From Candidatus Kapaibacterium sp. (GTDB lineage: Bacteria > Bacteroidota > Ignavibacteria > Palsa-1295): DNA of 64,000 nt. The position numbers and the translations under genes are program-made. Positions within the stretch are counted from its first letter, which is position 1. Each line of letters begins with the position of its first letter. The notes under the pieces were generated by a model. The model worked only from the letters and a program-made list of their open reading frames with translations. It searched no databases and was not told the origin of the DNA. Positions 57,683-64,000 of this stretch are shown here, piece after piece. Location of the stretch: positions 2,472 to 66,471 of the forward strand of contig JBBRNY010000002.1 of NCBI GenBank assembly GCA_038229915.1, written 5' to 3'.

Positions 57683-59659
57683 ATGAAACAAAAAATAAGC
57701 ATTCATATTTGTCTATTGCTTTTGGCAATGGCCTTATTTTCGACAGCACCGAAAGCACAGATGTTTGGGAGCCCATACCCAACTACTCCACCGACGCCAA
57801 CAGCTGTATCGATTCCTACTGGGTCGATTAACGGTTGGGCCGCAGTCACCTGTTTTTCTGGATTTCTATCATTAGGGAGCTCCACCATTACTGATGGGTT
57901 TGTTTTTGGGCTTATTAATTTGCATGGACCAGCCCCTGCATTTGGTACAAATTGGGCTGCGCCAATGTACCATGGCCCAGCAAGCAGTCCATGGACAGCT
58001 AGTACGATGGGTCAAGTTTTCGGTATAGCAATCGACAATCAGAAGAATGTCTATTTGGCTGCGACTTCGTCCTATATTTCAAACGTTTACCTAAAACAAG
58101 CCAACCCTATCTATAATAATCTCGTTACAGCATTCAACGCACAATCTCTTGCGTTTGGACCTGCCGGTTCAGGCGGAATTTATAAGATAGATAAAAATTC
58201 CGGTGTAGTTACTACGCTTATTTCAACAGTACCCAACACTATCGCTCCTTCTGCAGTCCTTAATACAAGTACTCTTCCGAACGGAAATGGCACTTCTGTG
58301 AGACCTGGCTTGGGAAATCTAACATACGATGGCACTCATAACTTCCTATTTGTGACGAATATGGAAGACGGAGTAATCTATAGGATAAATTTGAATCCGA
58401 CTACACCAATCGTTGACGCCTTTTATGATCCGCAAGCACCAGCCAACCCGTTTCCGTTTTGCCAAAATCCTGCAATGCCACCTGCTAATACTTCACTTGG
58501 CTTTGCACCTCTCGGCAAGCGTCTTTGGGGTATTGGATACAACGCAAAGGATAATCGACTCTACTACGCAGTTTGGATGGAGGATGTTGGCTCTTTTGCA
58601 GGTAGTACGAGCAATATTATTCGCTCGATCGGCCTCACCCCATCAGGAAATTTTAAACCATCTTCGGATGACAAACCTGAGATTCTGATGCCAATATACC
58701 GCACAGATGACCTCGCTCCTTCCCACCAAACGGATTCGTTTTCTTGCCCCGTTTCCGATATTGAATTTTCTACAACAGGAGATATGCTTGTTGGTGAGTG
58801 CTCCATCTTTGACAACACCAATCGTACGGCGCATTACTCAAGAGTATTCAAATTTACTGGTGCCTCGACTTCGTGGAGTAGACAACAAATATTTGTTGGC
58901 AGTGCCATTGGTATTGGTTCTCAGTTCCCTACTAATGCTGGCGCCATCGGGGTTCCCTATTTGCCACTGCAGACGAACGGGCTTTCAATTTCTAATTCAT
59001 CGGGAGGAGTTGACTTTGGTTATCGTGGATATGACACGACGAGCCGACAACCTCTAAATTGTGATTCCACTCTCGCAATGAATGGAGATATTCTCGCCAA
59101 TCCATCACCGTTTGGATATATTTACGGGTTACAGTTAACTCCCTCTGTTGGTAATATCGATATTCCGAACAACGTCCAGTCCACCGGACTCTTCGTTGAT
59201 TTCAATGGCGTGGGTGGGACTCAAGACAAGTTTATTGTTGCAGACGTTGACATCTTCCGTGACTCTTGCGGCAAGACGGCTGCTACACCAAACTGCCCCC
59301 CTATGGTAAGTCTCATTGCGAAGGATACTAATGGTAAGTGCTGTTGGACTATCATGTTTGATAATACAAGCCCAAATACTTATACTAACTTACAGGCACA
59401 TTTAGCAACTTCAGGGGCTACTTTTGCAACCATCACAAGTGGTACAGGATGGAGTACTGCTGAGCTTACACCGCAGAGTATTATTCAAACGCCGACTACT
59501 GGGCCATTCTTTCCGGTTGGCAATTTGAATTTGGGTTACTTCTGTCTCAATTTGCTGCCAGGAACTTCGACACCTCCACAGCTTGCGCCTCAACTGGTTG
59601 GCTACCGGTCTCAGGGGAGATCGATAATCCACCGGCATCAGTCGCTGGGCTTCCGTTGA
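57683..59659 (+). CDS. N-terminal portion of a T9SS-type cargo protein (signal peptide, Cys-containing repeated domains); probably split from next ORF by a frameshift
   Basis: Signal peptide MKQKISIHICLLLLAMALFSTAPKAQ; last ~20 codons (…VGYRSQGRSIIHRHQSLGFR) look out-of-frame, whereas the +1 frame is open from 59464 and reads protein-like into the next ORF. Confidence 0.55.
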   Translation: MKQKISIHICLLLLAMALFSTAPKAQMFGSPYPTTPPTPTAVSIPTGSINGWAAVTCFSGFLSLGSSTITDGFVFGLINLHGPAPAFGTNWAAPMYHGPASSPWTASTMGQVFGIAIDNQKNVYLAATSSYISNVYLKQANPIYNNLVTAFNAQSLAFGPAGSGGIYKIDKNSGVVTTLISTVPNTIAPSAVLNTSTLPNGNGTSVRPGLGNLTYDGTHNFLFVTNMEDGVIYRINLNPTTPIVDAFYDPQAPANPFPFCQNPAMPPANTSLGFAPLGKRLWGIGYNAKDNRLYYAVWMEDVGSFAGSTSNIIRSIGLTPSGNFKPSSDDKPEILMPIYRTDDLAPSHQTDSFSCPVSDIEFSTTGDMLVGECSIFDNTNRTAHYSRVFKFTGASTSWSRQQIFVGSAIGIGSQFPTNAGAIGVPYLPLQTNGLSISNSSGGVDFGYRGYDTTSRQPLNCDSTLAMNGDILANPSPFGYIYGLQLTPSVGNIDIPNNVQSTGLFVDFNGVGGTQDKFIVADVDIFRDSCGKTAATPNCPPMVSLIAKDTNGKCCWTIMFDNTSPNTYTNLQAHLATSGATFATITSGTGWSTAELTPQSIIQTPTTGPFFPVGNLNLGYFCLNLLPGTSTPPQLAPQLVGYRSQGRSIIHRHQSLGFR

Positions 59660-61020
59660 TGCCTTACCCACAGCCGTTCGCATCTACGCCACCAGCTCCG
59701 TTCCGTGATGTATCATGGGGTACGGTAATTGGTGGGGTGCCATTCAATAATGTGCCGCTGTCACTTCAATTGAAATTCCCAGCTCAGCAGGGTACATCCC
59801 CAGGGTGTGAAGACAGCCTTCGATTCTGTGTGCGCTATACCTATACAGATGTAAACTGTCGTACCTGCGACACGGTGGTCTGTTACCAGGTGAAGCGTAC
59901 TCCACCATGGTGGTATAATACTAGCACTGGCAATAGTGGACCCGCTGTGCATGTTGGACATATCACAATGTTGAGCAAGACTGCAGGCACGCTTGTTGTT
60001 GAAGTTCCGAAACTTCGTCCTGATATGGCGTCAGAAGATGGAATACGATTAACCCACATCTCTTTGAGCGCTCGTGGTGGTACTCGACTCACTCAATTTG
60101 ACGGCGTCAAGACCAGCGACTTTGTAGGAGCAAAATCTCTTGCGCTTGGGAATGGACAAACCGCTTCGATCCCATTGGTGTACGATAACTTTGGCGATAT
60201 GCAAAAGTTTAACAATTTCATACAATATGAGTATGTGCTCTTAAATGACCCGAATGTGACGCTTTACGGCGAAGATGAACTCGTTGCAATCGTACCGGGT
60301 GGTCGCTCGAAAGGTGATGTTTTTGCGAAGGATGACTCAAGCGTCAAGCCGACCAACGTCAGAACATACGCACTCTATTTCGGGGTGAAAAATGTCGATC
60401 AGAAACCAGTGCGCACTGTGACGCTATCGGTCAAAGATGGCAATCGCATTCTTGCGACAGGGCCATTCGAAGATAGTGTTTCGGTTACTTATGATGTCAT
60501 GAACGGCATAGTCGATGGCAAACCGCATCTCTTCGCGCAAGAATCGCGCTGGGCATCGGATGCACCTGAATGCGTTGTGCCACATGGCTCAATTGTGCGG
60601 CCGTTCTACTTAACTGTTTCTGGTTCGGTAGGGAAGTCAACGACGGTGAATTTCGTGACAATGGACGAACAGGGTGTAATTCTCACCAGTGACTCGGTTG
60701 TACTTTCGGATCCATTGTCGATCGTTCGTAAGACTGATCCTTCGGGTTCTGGTCCTACGGGATATTTATATCCACCGTACCCAAATCCGACGGCTACTTC
60801 AACGACGCTTCAATTCCGTCTTGATGCGAGCGAACATACCACGCTATCGTTATTTGATTTGCTCGGTAACGAAGTTGTACATATTATTGGTGGCGACTAT
60901 ATGTCAAGCGGCGAACATGTCGTTCAAATAGCTACAGATCAACTCCCGTCTGGTGTGTACACGATTCGTTTACAAACCGTCTCGGGCACACAGTCGCAAA
61001 AGCTACAGATCATTCACTAA
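59659..61020 (+). CDS. C-terminal portion of the same cargo protein, carrying the FlgD-Ig-like/T9SS-type sorting domain; no signal peptide of its own
   Basis: Starts MPYPQPFASTPPAPF (no hydrophobic leader); ends ...YPNPTATSTTLQFRLDASEHTTLSLFDLLGNEV...GVYTIRLQTVSG... Confidence 0.55.
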   Translation: MPYPQPFASTPPAPFRDVSWGTVIGGVPFNNVPLSLQLKFPAQQGTSPGCEDSLRFCVRYTYTDVNCRTCDTVVCYQVKRTPPWWYNTSTGNSGPAVHVGHITMLSKTAGTLVVEVPKLRPDMASEDGIRLTHISLSARGGTRLTQFDGVKTSDFVGAKSLALGNGQTASIPLVYDNFGDMQKFNNFIQYEYVLLNDPNVTLYGEDELVAIVPGGRSKGDVFAKDDSSVKPTNVRTYALYFGVKNVDQKPVRTVTLSVKDGNRILATGPFEDSVSVTYDVMNGIVDGKPHLFAQESRWASDAPECVVPHGSIVRPFYLTVSGSVGKSTTVNFVTMDEQGVILTSDSVVLSDPLSIVRKTDPSGSGPTGYLYPPYPNPTATSTTLQFRLDASEHTTLSLFDLLGNEVVHIIGGDYMSSGEHVVQIATDQLPSGVYTIRLQTVSGTQSQKLQIIH

Positions 61021-61041
61021 GAAGTGATTTACATAAACCAA

Positions 61042-61078
61042 ACAGCCCGCTATCAGATAATGATAGCGGGCTGTTTTA
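61042..61078 (+). terminator. rho-independent terminator (13-bp stem)
   Basis: ACAGCCCGCTATCagataatGATAGCGGGCTGT + TTTT. Confidence 0.7.
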
Positions 61079-61212
61079 ATTATTTCTAGAAAATTGTTAT
61101 GAATTATTGATATGAAGTTTCATCAAACGGTATATTTTATTCCAAAAGGATTTTGTGGTAAGTATTGATTCTATCAGTTCTCGCTGTTCTTTTTGTGTTT
61201 AAATAGCGTGAT

Positions 61213-61251
61213 TTGGCGCAGAACGACTTACGCCACGATATAGCAACTTTG
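61213..61251. repeat. 39-bp perfect direct repeat, copy A (partner 63453-63491)
   Basis: TTGGCGCAGAACGACTTACGCCACGATATAGCAACTTTG identical at both loci; looser similarity continues ~25 bp further (…CTATATTT…). Confidence 0.85.
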
Positions 61252-61275
61252 ACGTAAGAAAAGCCTATATTTGCC

Positions 61276-61326
61276 ATATCACGCATATTTGTCAGCGCAT
61301 CAATACCAACGATTGTTTCTTGAGTT
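61276..61326. repeat. 51-bp repeat, copy overlapping the 3-prime end/stop of the BNR cargo gene
   Basis: See 57550-57600. Confidence 0.7.
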
Positions 61327-63373
61327 GGCCGTTGATGTGGATTAGGCAATGGTAGACACCATTGGGCAGATTTGAGGTGTTGCGCCAAGTAACACTATGC
61401 TCGCCAACATCTATGTTGCCTGAAAATAAATGCGCAACTTCATTCCCAAGCAAATTCACGATCACAACATCCGCAAATCCTGTTGCATCTGATGAGAAAG
61501 TAATAGTAGTGGAGCCCGAAAGAGGATTCGGATAGCTCCGAATTGTATTAGTATTTACAATCGGCTCAGTCACAGAATTTGTCTCTGTCATTTCAGATAA
61601 GTGGCGACGCCAGACACCATTAATATATGTCCCAGCAAAAAGATCAGAATCTTTTATCAGAAGAGAGTAAATTTTAGTGTGGGGTTGCAAACCGACCGCC
61701 ACCCAATTGGTGCCATTATCGTTTGAGCGAAATACACCCGCAGCTGTTCCAGCAAAAAGAATTGAATCGTCTACGGCGAAACAGTAAATACGGTTTTCTA
61801 TCAAGCCCTTATTAATCGCTTCCCAAGTGGCACCATCATCACTTGAGCGAAAAACACCAAAATCATAAGTGGCTGCAAAGATATACTTATTGTTTACTAT
61901 AAAAGAAGCAACTCTACTACCACTCCAAGCAATACCAATATCACTCCAACTTGAACCATTATCGCTCGAACGCGAAACAACCTTATTGCTGACAAAGAGA
62001 AAAGTGCTTGTCGATAGGACAGAGGTGATCGTTGAGTCGATTAAATCTTTTTTAAGAACTGTCCAATTCGATCCATTATCTGTTGAGCGAAAAAGCCCTC
62101 CATAGGTGGCAGCTAAGAGTGTTGTATCATTAAAAATAAGTGAATTGATACTAATGTTTATTAAGCCATTATTTACTGGAGTCCAATTTTTCAAATTTTC
62201 ATCAAAACGATAGATGCCATTGTCAAATGTGCTCGCAAATATTTTTGTGTCTTTAATTACTAAGGTATTGACAGGGATATAGTCACCAAATAATCCTTTA
62301 TTGAATGAGACCCAATTTGCGCCATTATCATTTGTACGAAATACACCGGCTCCTCCCGTACCAGCAAGTATATCTGTTCCATTATAGGCAAGGGAAAAAA
62401 CAGTAAATGCTTTAAAAGTACTTTTTAATGCTGACCAATTATTTCCATTATCGTTCGAACGAAAAATACCAGTCCGATTCGTACCTGCAAAGATGTTTGT
62501 ACCACTGAATGCAAATGATAAGATGGTATTCCCAAGATTGCCATCGTTAATATTTGTCCAATTCAAACCATTATCAGTTGAGCGAAATGCGCCGTTACCT
62601 TTCGTCCCTGCAAATATATCTGTGCCTCTCGATGCGAGGGAATAAATAACATTTCCCGCAAAGATACTATCTGCTACCACCCAACTTACTCCATTATTGT
62701 CTGATCGAAATATTCCGCTCTTTGTTCCGGCGTATATGCTTGTTCCGCTAATAGTAAAGCAATAAACAGAAGCGGTGCTTAAGCCAGTATTCGCCACTGA
62801 CCAATTTGCACCATTGTCGATTGATCGATAAATACCACTATCTGTTCCGGCAAAAATATTATTTGCATTTACTGCCAAAGAATAGACAGTCCCTTTTGGC
62901 AAGCCATTTTCCACTTGAGACCAAGTTAAGCCATCATCGCTCGAACGGAATACACCAGAGTAATAAGTCCCTGCAAAGATATTTGCACCATCAATCAAAA
63001 GAGAATACACAGCGGTGCTAGTCAACCCATTATTCATTTTTACCCAAGTGTCACCGTTATCGCCTGAACGATAAATGCCCCCACCACTACCTGAGGTGGC
63101 TGCAAATAGATTTATACCCTTAAACTCAAGAGAATATACTAAAGACCCGAACCCGGTATTCAGACTAGTCCAAGTCGCCCCATTATCAGTCGAACGATGT
63201 AATGTATCCCGACCACTAAAATCTGAAGTCGATGCGAATATATTTGCCCCACTAACTGCAATACATCTAACGGATATGGCGATAGGTCCATTCGTTTGCA
63301 CCCATTGTGCTGTTGCAAGCTCTGCTGTGGAGAGAATAATCGATAGAATGAGGAGGAAATAACTACGTCTCAT
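61292..63373 (-). CDS. secreted BNR/Asp-box beta-propeller protein built of ~14 tandem ~45-aa repeats, with C-terminal FlgD-Ig-like/T9SS-type sorting domain
   Basis: Signal peptide MRRSYFLLILSIILSTAELATAQ; repeated ...NIFAGT..GVFRS.DNG..W..VN.GL... units with S-x-D-N-G-x-x-W Asp-boxes; C-term ...IRSYPNPLSGSTTITF...VIVNLLGNEV...GVYHCLIHINGQ... Confidence 0.75.
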   Translation of the reverse strand: MRRSYFLLILSIILSTAELATAQWVQTNGPIAISVRCIAVSGANIFASTSDFSGRDTLHRSTDNGATWTSLNTGFGSLVYSLEFKGINLFAATSGSGGGIYRSGDNGDTWVKMNNGLTSTAVYSLLIDGANIFAGTYYSGVFRSSDDGLTWSQVENGLPKGTVYSLAVNANNIFAGTDSGIYRSIDNGANWSVANTGLSTASVYCFTISGTSIYAGTKSGIFRSDNNGVSWVVADSIFAGNVIYSLASRGTDIFAGTKGNGAFRSTDNGLNWTNINDGNLGNTILSFAFSGTNIFAGTNRTGIFRSNDNGNNWSALKSTFKAFTVFSLAYNGTDILAGTGGAGVFRTNDNGANWVSFNKGLFGDYIPVNTLVIKDTKIFASTFDNGIYRFDENLKNWTPVNNGLINISINSLIFNDTTLLAATYGGLFRSTDNGSNWTVLKKDLIDSTITSVLSTSTFLFVSNKVVSRSSDNGSSWSDIGIAWSGSRVASFIVNNKYIFAATYDFGVFRSSDDGATWEAINKGLIENRIYCFAVDDSILFAGTAAGVFRSNDNGTNWVAVGLQPHTKIYSLLIKDSDLFAGTYINGVWRRHLSEMTETNSVTEPIVNTNTIRSYPNPLSGSTTITFSSDATGFADVVIVNLLGNEVAHLFSGNIDVGEHSVTWRNTSNLPNGVYHCLIHINGQLKKQSLVLMR

Positions 63374-63452
63374 TGTTGTAAGTAGAGTAGATGTATTAAG
63401 GTGCAATTTACTATTTATCTAACCCAATGGGTTATGGATTTGTTCTACTGTC

Positions 63453-63491
63453 TTGGCGCAGAACGACTTACGCCACGATATAGCAACTTTG
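63453..63491. repeat. 39-bp perfect direct repeat, copy B (in BNR-gene/nuoE intergenic region)
   Basis: Identical to 61213-61251. Confidence 0.85.
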
Positions 63492-63544
63492 GTACAAAAA
63501 CCCTCTATATTTCGTATTTTTGTATATTAACGTATCACACTTGG

Positions 63545-64000
63545 ATGTTTAGCGAAGCAGAACGTATTGAGATCGAGCAATTAAAGACGCGCTACCAAAA
63601 ACCGCAGGCTATCTTGCTGCCGATCCTTTGGAAGATACAAGAAAAGCAAGGCTGGATCGACGATAAGTCGATGGAGCTTGCTGCGCAAATTTGCGAATGC
63701 ACCAAAGCCCACGTGCTTGGTGTCGTGAGCTTTTATACGATGTTTTTCGAGAAACCGATGGGGCGGCATCATATTCAAGTCTGCACCAATGTCAGTTGTA
63801 TGCTCAGAGGCGGCGAGAATATCTACGCCACCGTAAAAGAAACGCTCGGTATCGGTCACATGGAGCGCACCGCCGATGGGATGTTCTCGCTCGAAGAAGT
63901 AGAGTGTATGGGCGCGTGTGGCGGAGCACCAATGATGGCAGTCGGCGAAACATTTTTCGAACAAGTCACCAACGAAGAAGCGCTGTCATTGCTCAGTAAG
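63545..64000 (+). CDS. nuoE: NADH-quinone oxidoreductase subunit E (24-kDa subunit), 5-prime partial (runs off window)
   Basis: Manual translation MFSEAERIEIEQLKTRYQKPQAILLPILW...HIQVCTNVSCMLRGGENI...EVECMGACGGAPMMAV = NuoE [2Fe-2S] thioredoxin-like motif; not in ORF track because no stop inside window. Confidence 0.8.
   Translation, partial: MFSEAERIEIEQLKTRYQKPQAILLPILWKIQEKQGWIDDKSMELAAQICECTKAHVLGVVSFYTMFFEKPMGRHHIQVCTNVSCMLRGGENIYATVKETLGIGHMERTADGMFSLEEVECMGACGGAPMMAVGETFFEQVTNEEALSLLSK

Noticed and set aside
61137-61388. 83-aa minus-strand ORF overlapping the BNR gene 3-prime end
   Set aside because: Alternative frame across the 51-bp repeat and the gene stop; no independent support.
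61213-63491. Mobile element/genomic island bounded by the 39-bp direct repeats
   Set aside because: No integrase, transposase or tRNA target; the repeats are reported as a finding but a mobile-element call is not supported.
63581-63999. ORF-track entries 63581-63964 (minus) and 63691-63999 (plus)
   Set aside because: Both overlap the nuoE reading frame (63545 onward), which has a clear NuoE [2Fe-2S] motif; they are alternative-frame artefacts.

Overview
This 64-kb window is a gene-dense chromosomal segment of roughly 48-50% GC, on both strands, with no rRNA, no CRISPR and no transposase/integrase/phage genes visible. It most likely comes from a Bacteroidota/Ignavibacteriota/Chlorobiota-type (FCB-group) bacterium. 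That lineage call is an inference from three things: many secreted proteins ending in FlgD-Ig-like/T9SS-type C-terminal sorting domains, a GWxTD-domain protein, and a PorV/FadL-like barrel. I count about 58 protein genes and two tRNAs (Gln-TTG, Ser-CGA).

Housekeeping content: prs-rplY-pth; a K+-independent H+-pyrophosphatase; rpsF-ssb-rplI (with no rpsR); engB; relA/spoT-ruvX; a PpiD-like chaperone; and the 5-prime part of nuoE at the window end.

Envelope content: a GT2 glycosyltransferase, a PAP2 phosphatase, an LpxL-type acyltransferase, a GT9 heptosyltransferase, four TonB-dependent-receptor-like barrels, and an ABC exporter pair divergent from an outer-membrane barrel.

Accessory content: seven T9SS-type cargo genes (two BNR/Asp-box propellers, a 1450-aa S8 subtilase, a beta-lactamase-family serine hydrolase, a WD40 propeller, a 1262-aa giant protein, and a cargo gene split by a frameshift) and a RelE/YafQ-type toxin-antitoxin pair.

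The most unusual items are:
- a three-gene module made of a TBDT-like barrel, a giant secreted protein and a PorV/FadL-like barrel, possibly a PorU-PorV pair;
- a TatD hydrolase fused in frame to a TM-anchored periplasmic beta-rich domain;
- a signal-peptide-bearing Cys/His-rich mini-protein co-transcribed with a TonB receptor;
- an Nramp-Usp fusion preceded by two translationally coupled small ORFs;
- four repeat families: a 2 x 240-bp hairpin-rich tandem repeat, a dispersed palindromic TGTCATyCTGAGCG family, perfect 39-bp direct repeats bracketing one cargo gene, and a 51-bp repeat that preserves an antisense CTD-tail remnant.
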